Virus record (IMG/VR): IMGVR_UViG_3300032038_000014
Coordinates: 64,001 to 128,000 of that record
Origin: a virus
Taxonomy: Duplodnaviria; Heunggongvirae; Uroviricota; Caudoviricetes
Direction: 5' to 3' (one strand)
Length of the DNA: 64,000 bases
Under the pieces are notes generated by a model. The model was given only the letters and a program-made list of their open reading frames with translations, was not told the DNA's origin and did not search any database. Positions 1 to 10,270 of the stretch are shown here, piece by piece (position 1 is the first letter of the stretch; every line of letters begins with the position of its first letter). The translations under genes were made by a program, and so were the position numbers.

Positions 1-975
1 TTTAGTCCAGAAATAAGAAACTACACCAGAATCATCTGATAAAGCAGCAATATACTTCTGAACTGGAAGAGTAGAGAAACCATTATCATCAATACCTAAG
101 TTCATAACTTCGTATTGAATTGTATTATCAGTTTTGAGTTTCTGAGTCCAACCTTTAAGACCATTAACAACCCAATCTTCCCAATAAGGAACCATAGCTA
201 CTAAATCAGTAGAAGATGCCGGACTATTAATAGCACGTAACATAATATTAGAACTCATATCATCAATTAATACAGAAGGTGTATCACCAACAATATCTTC
301 AATATCATAGTCTAAAGCAGGTTGAATCTTTACAGTCTGATCTAATGTAGAAAAACTATATACAAGCTTATCTGCATCATCAAGACGATAGAAACGAACA
401 GAAAATGTTACATTACCAGCAACTTTAGTAATTTTAGAAGAAATAGGCCAACCAAAAATTAAATATCCTGGTTCGCTTACAATATCTTGGATCCAAGGTC
501 TAGATACTCCCTCTTTTTGATTTCCGAATTTATCAGTTTCAGAACTCTTCCACTGAATGAAAATCTTACATCTGCTTAAATCTGTTGCATCAAAGAATCT
601 GTTAACTTTAAAGAATAAAATCTCGGCAACTTCATCACCTTGAACAGAAACTCCGTTTGTAGCAAAATCTTTAGGAACAGAGATAGATCTTGAATCAGCA
701 TCAATAAAGAATGGTTCTTCATCAAGAGGAAGTCTTGTATAGATAGGTGCAAAATTAGTGATAAAATACATATACTCAAATAATTCTTCAAGTGATGTAA
801 TAGTTTCACCTTCTTCTTCACCAGTATCTGGATTTAAAACCTTTCCAAGTAAAGCATCTTCACTATACTGTTCAACTTCTTCGCCGCTATCATTGTGTGT
901 ATATAACCAGTTTTGCACATCTTGAAAAAGCTGATTATATAAGCCTTTATTAGCTTTATTAATAACAGTAATCAT
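1..975 (-). CDS. BppU-like baseplate/tail-tip protein (partial, runs off window edge; missing from ORF track)
   Basis: Manual translation from ATG at 975 (RBS AAGAAAGGA) is open to position 1: MITVINKANKG...VQGDEVAEILFFKVNRFFDATDLSRCKIFIQW...FGWPISSKITKVAGNVTFSVRFY. GD-x-x-A-E..RFFD..DLS and W-x-I..AG-x-V-x-F-x-VRF resemble BppU N-terminal domains. Confidence 0.7.
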   Translation of the reverse strand, partial: MITVINKANKGLYNQLFQDVQNWLYTHNDSGEEVEQYSEDALLGKVLNPDTGEEEGETITSLEELFEYMYFITNFAPIYTRLPLDEEPFFIDADSRSISVPKDFATNGVSVQGDEVAEILFFKVNRFFDATDLSRCKIFIQWKSSETDKFGNQKEGVSRPWIQDIVSEPGYLIFGWPISSKITKVAGNVTFSVRFYRLDDADKLVYSFSTLDQTVKIQPALDYDIEDIVGDTPSVLIDDMSSNIMLRAINSPASSTDLVAMVPYWEDWVVNGLKGWTQKLKTDNTIQYEVMNLGIDDNGFSTLPVQKYIAALSDDSGVVSYFWTK

Positions 976-1013
976 GCTAAACTATCCAATCCTTTCTTTA
1001 ATTTAAAAAAGAT

Positions 1014-1040
1014 AAGGGAGGTTCAAGAGGAACCTCCCTT
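1014..1040 (-). terminator. Intrinsic terminator
   Basis: 11-bp perfect stem AAGGGAGGTTC/GAACCTCCCTT, followed on the minus strand by ATCTTTTTT. Confidence 0.75.
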
Positions 1041-1104
1041 AATTCCCCTTTCAATATTCTTGAAAGATTTATTAATTATTATAATTATTTTTGACCATTG
1101 TAGT

Positions 1105-1305
1105 TTATTTATCTACCTCAGTCCATTTATCTACATCTTCTTCAAGAACTGTAACGCAATACTCTTTACGAGTTCCGTTAGTAAGTATCTTACCAGAATC
1201 TGCAACTAAACGTATTTTTGTAAGATAATAAATATCTTCTAAATGGACTTCAGATGTAATTGTACCGTTGGTACCAAAATAAGTATATAAAACAGTTTTT
1301 GTCAT
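1105..1305 (-). CDS. Small fibre-associated hypothetical protein (66 aa)
   Basis: Start moved to ATG 1305 (RBS GAAAGGGG). LVADSGKILTNG...V..D...W-E pattern; directly follows the giant LRR protein. Confidence 0.6.
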   Translation of the reverse strand: MTKTVLYTYFGTNGTITSEVHLEDIYYLTKIRLVADSGKILTNGTRKEYCVTVLEEDVDKWTEVDK

Positions 1306-1321
1306 CTTTAAGCCCCTTTCA

Positions 1322-4300
1322 TCATACATAATTTGTAGTTATTGTAATAGAACTACCTTCTCTAGTTATTCGTTGTAATAAACCTGTACGATATTCATCT
1401 AATTGACCAGTTGTATAAACAGTTAAATTAGTAATTTGATAGCCATTAAATCCAAAAATCCAGTTACTTGAGTCAGCATTAATTTCACTTTCAAACATAT
1501 TATAATCAAATGTATCAAATGGACTATTAGTAGAACCTAACTGAATTGCATGAGTTTTTGCAAAGCAGTATGAATATGCACGATAACCTAAGTATTGAAT
1601 TGATCCAGGTATAAAGATTGGTGTATCACCAAGCTCACGCTGTACAAATGCTTGGTTAAATGCATTAGGACCAACATATAAAATACCTTCTGGTAAATTA
1701 AAGAACTCTAAATTACGAGCTCTATTAAATGCTGAAGATCCAATATATTTTAATCCAGTAGGCACATCAAAATAACGAATATTGCTAGTTGCAAAAGTTT
1801 CAGTTGAAATATAATTCATTACTGCTTTATCTTCAAAGAAGATATGAGTAATTCGAGTTTGAGAACCAAAATTAGACATACCAACAACTGGGAAGGTTTG
1901 TCCATTTGCTGTAATAGATGCTGGTATAGTAATCTTACCAGATAATTCTACTCCATATTTTGGTTGAATACTCCAACCTTCACTATTGTAATCACTACTG
2001 TTCATTTTAGTTACAGAGAAGTAATCACTCTTAGTTGTACTAGCATATACACTTTCTTTACAGTAACAAGCAAAGAACGCTCTATCAGTATTTTGAGACA
2101 TAATGTTGGAAAGTTTAACAGTTTTTGCTTTTGCTTTATTAGTAACAATACCATCTTCTTTATCAACTACCCATCCTAAGAAAGTATAGCGTTCTTCAAG
2201 TTCCAATCCAGATTCATCCATTGAAGGAAGAATTGGTGGATCAGATAACATAGTTCCATAATTAACATCAACACTATAAAGCGGTTGTCCACTTCCAGGA
2301 ATCTGATTAGGATTCCAGAAACTAATGTTAAATGAAGTAATAGAAAATACTGCATAGAATGTATAAACATCATTTTGTGCAGAAAACTCTAAATTTGAAA
2401 TTGTAGCAGGATTATTATTAGCTAAATCTTTACTAAAGATAATTCCACTATTAATTAATCCAGCAACTTGATCAGACTTTACAACTGTATAGTTTGGATC
2501 AAGTGTCCAACCTTGGAAGTCATAATTTTGCTTAATTGGAATTTTCTTTGTCATCGTAGGATGAATAGATCCAGATTTAGCATATCTGATAGTTTCAATT
2601 TCATTATCTTTTCCATTATCTAATCTTTGTACAAATTTAGCAATATAAGCTTCATTTACATTAGCAGCATAAATCTTTAATTTATCCCAAATCTTACCAT
2701 ATTTATCAGTAATATCTGCTTCTTCAACAGCTGTACCATTTTCATTAGAAACATAAATAGAACCTGTAATATTAGGATATCCAAGTGTACTAGTTAAGTT
2801 ACTATAATGGCTTGTTTGAGATACGCTTACAGAAGCTTCACTATAATCTGCAATAAACTTATCTAAAACAGATAAAGAATCAATTAATACAGAATCAGCA
2901 TTAGCTTCATAAGTAAAGATTTTTTCATTTAAAGTTAAACTTGTCCAATCTTCTGCAGAGCTAAATGTAAAATTAGTAAATGTACTATGATCAGTTAAAC
3001 GATAATAAGTAACGTTTGGATCATATGGAGTACCAGGTTCAACAACCTTATAAGGAGACCATTCAACTTCCTCAAGGTTAATACGAAGTCTTGTTCCAGC
3101 AGCAGCTTTACGATCAACTAGTTCAAGAGCATTAGTTAATAACTTATAAGAATCATATCCAAGAGCACCACCAACAATATTAATTCTATCAAGAGCAACT
3201 TTAGCAGCATCTGTAGCATTAGTTAAATCAGTAACACCCTCAATATAAAGTCCTTTATAAGAATCTCTTGGTTGACCAAATACAACTGGTTTAGATGTAA
3301 GTATGCGAGTAAGCTCTCTAGCCTCAATAAGATCGATTCTGTTAACAGACTTAGGGAGGTGAATAGTGTCCAGAGGGGCACCTTCCGCAAACAAAGCATA
3401 TTGAATCTGAGTTCCTAATGCTCTGCACTCCTGGAGTTTTTCAGAACCAGATACATCTAAAGGTTCTTGTAATTGAGTTACATTTGTTAAATTAATTCTC
3501 TTTAATAATGTCTTACGGCTTGGGTTCAACATAGTTTGACCGCCACCAGTGTTGATATATTTAGAGTCATTAATATTAAACTGTCCTGTTCCAACACCAA
3601 GTAAGTTATTGAAATAGTCAGGAGCATCACTACCTATATCTAAGTTAAGAATTCTCTTACCATTCATAAGTGTAAATTGTGATAAGTATTTAAGACTTAA
3701 ATCTCCAAGACTAGAAATATAGTCCTCTGCTGGAACAATAATAATCTGTTCCGGGAATCCAGGAGTTGTCTTATAACCATCAGTTACACTTGCTCCACAT
3801 GTAGTTTTAACTGGTATACCTTGATATTTAACTGGTTCACCAGAACGCTGTTTATCATTGTATGTAAATACATACTGACTTAAGAATGGAGTAATTTCAA
3901 ATTCTGGTGTTGCATCATAGTATTGTACTGGATATGGAGCTAATTCTTCTCCACTCCATGCATTATTAGGTAATGTACTTAAAATACCGCTATCTAAGTA
4001 TTTATCAGAAGTACCCATATTATTTGCATTAGCACGCATACGTACTCCACCTTGAGCAATTGCGGCCGGTGTATAGTCACCTGCAACCCAGTATGAATCA
4101 AGGTAATTTAATCTATTTCTTAATAATAACTCTCTTGATAACATTCTGTCACCATTAACTGCATATGCATAAGAGTTATTATCATATTTAAGTTCACCGC
4201 TTGTGTTATAATATCCAGTTTTAGAAGGAGCTACATACTTATAATATTCATCTAATCCGATAGCAATCATTGGACGAAGTCCTCTCATTGCATAAGAGTC

Positions 4301-7300
4301 GAATACAGATGGACTACATAAGTAAGCACCCTCAATGGATTCATAACTTAAAGCGTTATTACTACGAAGAGTAGCATATTTATTCTTGATATTATCTTCG
4401 AAGCATTCAAGGAAGTTAACCCAAAGTACACTTGAAGGAGTAGAGAATGCTTGTTCTAAAGTAGCATCACAATCATAATCCCAAAGTGTTGCTCCGATAT
4501 TGTTAAGACCTAACTGAGTATCAATATCATAGAAAATAGGGAACCAGATATATTCTCCGCCTTCTTCTATTGGACCATAAGATGCCATCATCAGATTCTT
4601 ACCACGAGAGTCGTAGCAAAGAAGAAGTTCAGTCATTACAAAGTATACAGTACAATACTCAAGATTTAAGTGTTTATTAAACTCATTCTTAAATTTCATA
4701 AGTCTATAAACTGCAGTGTCTTTTGTAAATGTAGCAGTAGTAACTCCATTTTCAGTCGCAATAGTAACACCAGTTTGATCCTTACCATCTAAATCTGTAG
4801 CAAGAGCTAATGTGTAAGTAACTGGTTCAGGAAGATCTCTAGTTGGATCTGCTTTTCTTGTATCAGTAGAATCACACCAAGTAACAAACTTCTGCCAATT
4901 ATCCCATTTATTAACAATATATTGATTCATTTTTGGAACTGTATCAATACTTTCCCAAACGGCTCTATCTTTTTCTTTTGTTTTAGGATTATTAATTTTT
5001 GCTACAACAGTTTGTAAATCATAAGGATTTTCATCACTTGCAATAACCTCAATAAAATCAAGGTCTTTATGATAACGACACTCATAGTGACGTATAACTT
5101 CAAGACGAGGATTTTCTACTAACTGATTATTACTATCATAACTATCAGCTGTGTAAGTAGCAAAATGAGATTCTTGAGCATCAGAAGGATAAGAGAATGA
5201 AGTCCAAGTACCTTGGTTATCAGTCATTTCCCAACACTCTGCCACATCAGCAATTGTTGGATGATAACTTACTTCTTCTTCTTCTCCAGTTTCTGCATTA
5301 ACCACCATTTTAGTTTTAGTAATATGTGGTTGCTCAATGTCTAAAGAGAATCCGAATAATTCATCAGAACCTTTATCTTGGTTAATATTGTATCTACCAA
5401 TATATTCATAAATTTCATCTTCAAGTTCTGTACCAATTTTAGCTTTATCAGTTGGTTTACTATGCTTATGGAATGTAAGAACTGGGAATCCATATACAGA
5501 TGTTCTTAATCCAGTATCATCAAAATCTGGAATATGATAATAAGCTAATGGATGATTAGTATAAATGTTATTACCTACAAGGTTAGCAAATCCAGTATTA
5601 TAAGAACCAGAAGACTCCATGTAGTCAATTTTCCAAGTATACTTATTAGTACCATAGTTTGGATTATCTTGTTTCCATTTTTTAAATGAAGCTTTTCCAC
5701 CTTTAGCTTCAATAAACTTTTCATTAGTATAGAACCAACCCCAGTCCTCATGAGCAACTTCTTTTGCATCTGTTGCTTTAACAGCAGATTTCATTTTAGT
5801 TTTATAGTTACGTCTTGGATAACCTTGAGAAGATGTACCTTGAACGTTAATATCAGCACCAATACATACATATGAAGGTGAATGACTTTCATAATAAGCA
5901 GTATCAATTAAATCTGCATTATAAGCTGCATCAAGAGCAGGGTTTACGAATTCAATTTTACAATATCTATTATTACCTTTCTTCCATGGAAGAAGGTCAT
6001 CTGTAAGTGAGTTAGAAGTACCATTAGGGTTTGTCATACCATTTTCATTATCAATAATTTCGATAACTGCATAAGGCATTGTTAATGCATCTGTATTACC
6101 CTCTTCTAACATTCTTGCATTATATTCAACTAATTTCTTATAAGATAATAATGTAGGATCATCATCTTTTGTTAACTGATTCTGGTCATAAAGAGTAATA
6201 TTATGAATATCAGAAATATAATTATGAATTACTTCTGGCATTGTAAGACCATATCTATAAAAACGAATCTTATAAATATCAATATCACAATACTCAGAAT
6301 TAATTTCAATTTGATTTCCAATATTAAAACTACTATTAGCTCCAAGATTTAAAGAACCAGATAAAATACCATTAAGGTAAATAGAAGCTAATTTTTCAGA
6401 ACTAGAAACTACAACTGAGAAGTTAATAATTTCATCTTCTTTATATCTTACACTTGTTACACCTTCTGGTGAACGGAAGTAAGCTTCTTGTGTACCAATA
6501 CAAAGACCATAAGCAGGACTATCTCCAAGAATCTTGAAACAAACTCCTTCAGTATTTTTAATAACTTTTTCAGAGTTCTTTTCATCCATTACCCAGTTAC
6601 CATCATCATCAGTAACGATAACTACATCTTCATTATTAGCTTGTCTTTGTTTAATTTCATTAATAGAAATACCAACATCTTGTCTTACTCCATCTACAAA
6701 TACATAATAATAAGGAATTGTAGATACAAGAGTTGAATATTCTTGAACGTTTCTAACTCTAAATCTTAATTCAATCGTATAATTAGTAAGACCATCATTA
6801 AATAAGAAAGCAGATGGATTATTACCAGAATAGTTAACAAATGGAATAGTAACACTTGCACCATTTGTTACTGATAAATAAGAACCTGCTCCATCATTAT
6901 CATTTTTCCAACCATTACTATACCAGTTAAATCCATGGAAAGAAGTAACATAACGATCAGAAGTCCAAACTGGTCTATTTACTGCAATTTCATCATTAGA
7001 ACGTCCAGTAGCAGATAAGTTCATAATAAGAGAATCAGTATGTGTTAAACCTAAATCTCTAGAACCTTCTGTAGTAACATAGAAAGTTATTAATTTAGTT
7101 GCGTTGCCACAAGCGATTGTATATTGGTTATTACCAACATCATAACTTTCTGTTAAATCTAAAGTCAACCATTGTCCAGCAATATATTTTCTAGAAACTT
7201 CTGATAATAATGCACCATTTTTATAAATATAAACAGTGAAGTAATCATCACGTCCATTTCCAGACATCATAGGATCGTAAACTTGATATTGAACTACAAA

Positions 7301-8359
7301 GCTTTCATATTGAATAACTGTTGAGTCATATTCTGCGGTCCAGATTACAGGAACAGTTGAGCTGGCATCAGCCCATGCTAATTCATAAGTAATAGTATCA
7401 CTATACATAGCAATATCATTTACTTCTGTAGATACATTTAATCCAATGGTATGTGCACCATGAGATTGAACTGGAATAGTTACAGTTTTTTCACTTGAAG
7501 AAACTTTTACAGATTGTTGTAAAGACATATCTTCAACACCATCTATATAAACATGAAGAGTCTCGTCAAGTGAAGGGCTTCCTGTTAATCCATATACAAC
7601 TGAAGCAGGTCCAGTTAAAATACCGGCACTGGCCGCATTCATTGTATTAGATTTTCTAATACCCATGGTTACTACATGGATATTACTTACTGATTTACTA
7701 GGAAGTCTTGTCATTGTTGTGTTATCAGAGTTAACGTTAACAACCATTTTAATATTATCATTTGCTGGCAAAAAGTTAACGTTTAACAAATAAGGCTCAC
7801 CACTAGGAGTGATTACTGATTTAATTTGTGAATAACCATTATCACCAGTAAATTCAAAGTATAAAGATACTTGGCTATCAACTGTAGAAGTACCTGTAAC
7901 ACTAATATAGTAATCTTGACCTTGAATTAAGGTCATACCTCTATCAATTGTGCTTGAATCAATTGACAAACTTAAATCATTGACGACAACTGGGCCGCCG
8001 CCTCCGCCGCCTCCAGAACCACTTACTGCAATTCTAGAGCATACATAATTATCACCTGAGTAATCAATTACTTTGTAAAATGCTCCATCACTATTGATAA
8101 GTAAATCATCAAGTTTTACAATCTCATCTGTATCGACTGTATCTTTAGGAATGATATAATTATCATTCTCATCTTGTGCTACTTCTGGTTGATAAGCATA
8201 ATACCAGGCAATACCCGCACCACCCATAGTAATACGTTCACCATCCTGATCGAGATATATACGGCCACTATCAGTAGCGAAATATACATAACCATCAGAA
8301 ATAGTCTGCATTTCTATTTGTGATTCAGTCCCACGGACGGGTCTAAATTTAATTGCCAT
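1322..8359 (-). CDS. Giant multidomain virion/adhesin protein (2345 aa): beta-sandwich/LamG-like, CotH-kinase-like domain, LRR, InlB B-type repeats, C-terminal BspA-type LRR
   Basis: Start moved to ATG 8359 (RBS GAAAGGAG). Kinase-like motifs QGTSSQGYPRRNYK, KIDYMESSG, DSRGKN, FYDIDT. LRR LKRINLTNVTQLQEPLDVSG. B-repeat-like NYDFQGWT and YTFLGWV. BspA-like YIGSSAFNRARNLEFFNLPEGILYVGPNAF. Confidence 0.75.
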   Translation of the reverse strand: MAIKFRPVRGTESQIEMQTISDGYVYFATDSGRIYLDQDGERITMGGAGIAWYYAYQPEVAQDENDNYIIPKDTVDTDEIVKLDDLLINSDGAFYKVIDYSGDNYVCSRIAVSGSGGGGGGGPVVVNDLSLSIDSSTIDRGMTLIQGQDYYISVTGTSTVDSQVSLYFEFTGDNGYSQIKSVITPSGEPYLLNVNFLPANDNIKMVVNVNSDNTTMTRLPSKSVSNIHVVTMGIRKSNTMNAASAGILTGPASVVYGLTGSPSLDETLHVYIDGVEDMSLQQSVKVSSSEKTVTIPVQSHGAHTIGLNVSTEVNDIAMYSDTITYELAWADASSTVPVIWTAEYDSTVIQYESFVVQYQVYDPMMSGNGRDDYFTVYIYKNGALLSEVSRKYIAGQWLTLDLTESYDVGNNQYTIACGNATKLITFYVTTEGSRDLGLTHTDSLIMNLSATGRSNDEIAVNRPVWTSDRYVTSFHGFNWYSNGWKNDNDGAGSYLSVTNGASVTIPFVNYSGNNPSAFLFNDGLTNYTIELRFRVRNVQEYSTLVSTIPYYYVFVDGVRQDVGISINEIKQRQANNEDVVIVTDDDGNWVMDEKNSEKVIKNTEGVCFKILGDSPAYGLCIGTQEAYFRSPEGVTSVRYKEDEIINFSVVVSSSEKLASIYLNGILSGSLNLGANSSFNIGNQIEINSEYCDIDIYKIRFYRYGLTMPEVIHNYISDIHNITLYDQNQLTKDDDPTLLSYKKLVEYNARMLEEGNTDALTMPYAVIEIIDNENGMTNPNGTSNSLTDDLLPWKKGNNRYCKIEFVNPALDAAYNADLIDTAYYESHSPSYVCIGADINVQGTSSQGYPRRNYKTKMKSAVKATDAKEVAHEDWGWFYTNEKFIEAKGGKASFKKWKQDNPNYGTNKYTWKIDYMESSGSYNTGFANLVGNNIYTNHPLAYYHIPDFDDTGLRTSVYGFPVLTFHKHSKPTDKAKIGTELEDEIYEYIGRYNINQDKGSDELFGFSLDIEQPHITKTKMVVNAETGEEEEVSYHPTIADVAECWEMTDNQGTWTSFSYPSDAQESHFATYTADSYDSNNQLVENPRLEVIRHYECRYHKDLDFIEVIASDENPYDLQTVVAKINNPKTKEKDRAVWESIDTVPKMNQYIVNKWDNWQKFVTWCDSTDTRKADPTRDLPEPVTYTLALATDLDGKDQTGVTIATENGVTTATFTKDTAVYRLMKFKNEFNKHLNLEYCTVYFVMTELLLCYDSRGKNLMMASYGPIEEGGEYIWFPIFYDIDTQLGLNNIGATLWDYDCDATLEQAFSTPSSVLWVNFLECFEDNIKNKYATLRSNNALSYESIEGAYLCSPSVFDSYAMRGLRPMIAIGLDEYYKYVAPSKTGYYNTSGELKYDNNSYAYAVNGDRMLSRELLLRNRLNYLDSYWVAGDYTPAAIAQGGVRMRANANNMGTSDKYLDSGILSTLPNNAWSGEELAPYPVQYYDATPEFEITPFLSQYVFTYNDKQRSGEPVKYQGIPVKTTCGASVTDGYKTTPGFPEQIIIVPAEDYISSLGDLSLKYLSQFTLMNGKRILNLDIGSDAPDYFNNLLGVGTGQFNINDSKYINTGGGQTMLNPSRKTLLKRINLTNVTQLQEPLDVSGSEKLQECRALGTQIQYALFAEGAPLDTIHLPKSVNRIDLIEARELTRILTSKPVVFGQPRDSYKGLYIEGVTDLTNATDAAKVALDRINIVGGALGYDSYKLLTNALELVDRKAAAGTRLRINLEEVEWSPYKVVEPGTPYDPNVTYYRLTDHSTFTNFTFSSAEDWTSLTLNEKIFTYEANADSVLIDSLSVLDKFIADYSEASVSVSQTSHYSNLTSTLGYPNITGSIYVSNENGTAVEEADITDKYGKIWDKLKIYAANVNEAYIAKFVQRLDNGKDNEIETIRYAKSGSIHPTMTKKIPIKQNYDFQGWTLDPNYTVVKSDQVAGLINSGIIFSKDLANNNPATISNLEFSAQNDVYTFYAVFSITSFNISFWNPNQIPGSGQPLYSVDVNYGTMLSDPPILPSMDESGLELEERYTFLGWVVDKEDGIVTNKAKAKTVKLSNIMSQNTDRAFFACYCKESVYASTTKSDYFSVTKMNSSDYNSEGWSIQPKYGVELSGKITIPASITANGQTFPVVGMSNFGSQTRITHIFFEDKAVMNYISTETFATSNIRYFDVPTGLKYIGSSAFNRARNLEFFNLPEGILYVGPNAFNQAFVQRELGDTPIFIPGSIQYLGYRAYSYCFAKTHAIQLGSTNSPFDTFDYNMFESEINADSSNWIFGFNGYQITNLTVYTTGQLDEYRTGLLQRITREGSSITITTNYV

Positions 8360-8396
8360 GCGGTATCTCCTTTCTATCTTTAAGTATATAAGAAAA

Positions 8397-8425
8397 AGCG
8401 GAGAGAAATGAAATTTCTCTCCGCT
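8397..8425 (-). terminator. Intrinsic terminator
   Basis: 13-bp perfect stem AGCGGAGAGAAAT/ATTTCTCTCCGCT, followed on the minus strand by TTTTTC. Confidence 0.8.
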
Positions 8426-8469
8426 ATTCATCTCTCTACTTTAGATTAATTTTTTATATAAGTAAATTT

Positions 8470-10251
8470 TTAGAAACTGCCCCAAAGCATTTCTATTTTT
8501 AAACCACCTGGAGTAAGCGCTCCATTAAGAGTGGTTGGGCGAGAATCTTCATCTGAAATAGATAAACTAGAACTGCTTAATACTACAGCTGTAGATTCAG
8601 AAGGAGCAGCACCTCCACTCTGTGCTAAAGTTGTAGTAATAGTAATAACTCCAGCTTTATAATTATTTGTAGTATCACTATAAGCAGAAGTAGCAGTAGA
8701 CATGCTATCTATAGTAGCATTAGTATCGTGAAGAATAAAGTTTTGTGTAGTTATTCCAGTTACATGTCCTTTAGAGTCTGTAGTAACTCCAGTCACTCCT
8801 GGAATAGTAACAGTTCCTTGATCTACTTGTTCAGTAGCATTTACAGTAGTATCATTTCTTGTAATAGATTTGTGAGTGATTGTTAAAGTTTTATCAACTC
8901 CATCACCTGAAGGAGTAGAGCTTTCAGTAACATCAATCCAATCATTATTTGAACCAGGAGTAATAACTAAACTACCAGTTGTTCCTCCTGTACTTTCATG
9001 AAGTCTGACACCGTTTGTAATATCTTCTAAATAGTAATGAGTATCTCCAATCCATTTTTCTGCGACAACATCACAAATGAAATCACCAACAGCAATAATA
9101 CCATCAGAACCTTCACTCTTACCATCTTTTGCACGAACTATAAATAATGAATTCTCTTTATAAGATTGACTATTATAATTTCCTTCTTGAGTTACTAAAA
9201 ATGTATCACCAATAGATACTGGTACTGCAGTACCATTTTTAACAATAGTGGTTTCACCAGTAGTATTATTATAAGTAATAGAAGTTGCACCACTACCACT
9301 TGGACCAACAGTACCTCTATAAGTCATAGCATTTACTGCATATAACTTAGCATCAATTGCGCTTCTTGAATAAACATCAAGAGTTGCAGTTCCACTTACA
9401 AATGAAACGCTATTTGTAGTAGTACCAGAAGGAGAAGAATCTGTATAAACCGAAATCTTTGGATCTACAGTAGCTTCAACTTCAGCACCTTGTGTATCTG
9501 TAATTGTAAATTTATAACCAGCACTTTGAGCTGTAAATTCTGCTGTACTATTTTCAGTATTTCTTGCACCAATAGTAACATCATTTGAATTTGCATCTTT
9601 TGTTAAAGTAATATTAGAACCAGCTTTTAATTTAACAGAAGAATCATTATTAGTTCCAGTTGAATCTAAATTAAGATTTATATCATTACCACTTTGTGCA
9701 GAACTTAAAGTATAAGTATCTCCAGTAAGAGTAATAGCTTTACCAGAACTTGTAATTGAAATACCATTTGCACCAGTAACAGTAAAACTATCAGCGAAAG
9801 TGGCTCCAGTACTGTCTGTAATTGTATTAGTAATAGTTGAAGTATCACTTGCAGTTACTACTTCATATTCATTACTTACTGTAGTAGTATTTGAGTTTTC
9901 ATTTAATTGAACCCAATTTGAACCATTATATACGCACAATACGTTTCTATCTACAACATAATAAAAACGTCCTGTTAAATATCTTGCACCAGATACAGAA
10001 CTAGCTGCAGTAGATGCAATTGTTTGTAATTGAGTCCAAGTTCCAATCCATTCAATACCTTCGTTAACAGCAGAAAGGGTTCCATCTTCATTACCTACAT
10101 AAAGGCGATGAGCATCTTTGGTCAAATAGAAACAACCGTGTTCAGCTTGTGGAGCACCTTGCTCTTGTGCTAACATAGAATCTACAGTAGATTGTAAACC
10201 GACCTTAAAGCCTAATAGCGCGCCGCTTTTTACATTAGCTTCAGCTGCCAT
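8470..10251 (-). CDS. Tail fibre / tail-tip structural protein (593 aa)
   Basis: S/T/G-rich beta-type composition. C-terminal WIDV...TITH...DSKGHV module is shared with the 1754-aa fibre. Lies in the tail-tip cluster. Confidence 0.55.
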   Translation of the reverse strand: MAAEANVKSGALLGFKVGLQSTVDSMLAQEQGAPQAEHGCFYLTKDAHRLYVGNEDGTLSAVNEGIEWIGTWTQLQTIASTAASSVSGARYLTGRFYYVVDRNVLCVYNGSNWVQLNENSNTTTVSNEYEVVTASDTSTITNTITDSTGATFADSFTVTGANGISITSSGKAITLTGDTYTLSSAQSGNDINLNLDSTGTNNDSSVKLKAGSNITLTKDANSNDVTIGARNTENSTAEFTAQSAGYKFTITDTQGAEVEATVDPKISVYTDSSPSGTTTNSVSFVSGTATLDVYSRSAIDAKLYAVNAMTYRGTVGPSGSGATSITYNNTTGETTIVKNGTAVPVSIGDTFLVTQEGNYNSQSYKENSLFIVRAKDGKSEGSDGIIAVGDFICDVVAEKWIGDTHYYLEDITNGVRLHESTGGTTGSLVITPGSNNDWIDVTESSTPSGDGVDKTLTITHKSITRNDTTVNATEQVDQGTVTIPGVTGVTTDSKGHVTGITTQNFILHDTNATIDSMSTATSAYSDTTNNYKAGVITITTTLAQSGGAAPSESTAVVLSSSSLSISDEDSRPTTLNGALTPGGLKIEMLWGSF

Positions 10252-10270
10252 ATTTTACTCCTTTCTACCA

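Noticed and set aside
576-821. 81-aa ORF in the track
   Set aside because: Out-of-frame shadow inside the real BppU-like gene 1-975.
1322-2300. Possible DGR target in the C-terminal BspA-LRR domain
   Set aside because: No reverse transcriptase and no template/variable repeat pair found in the window.
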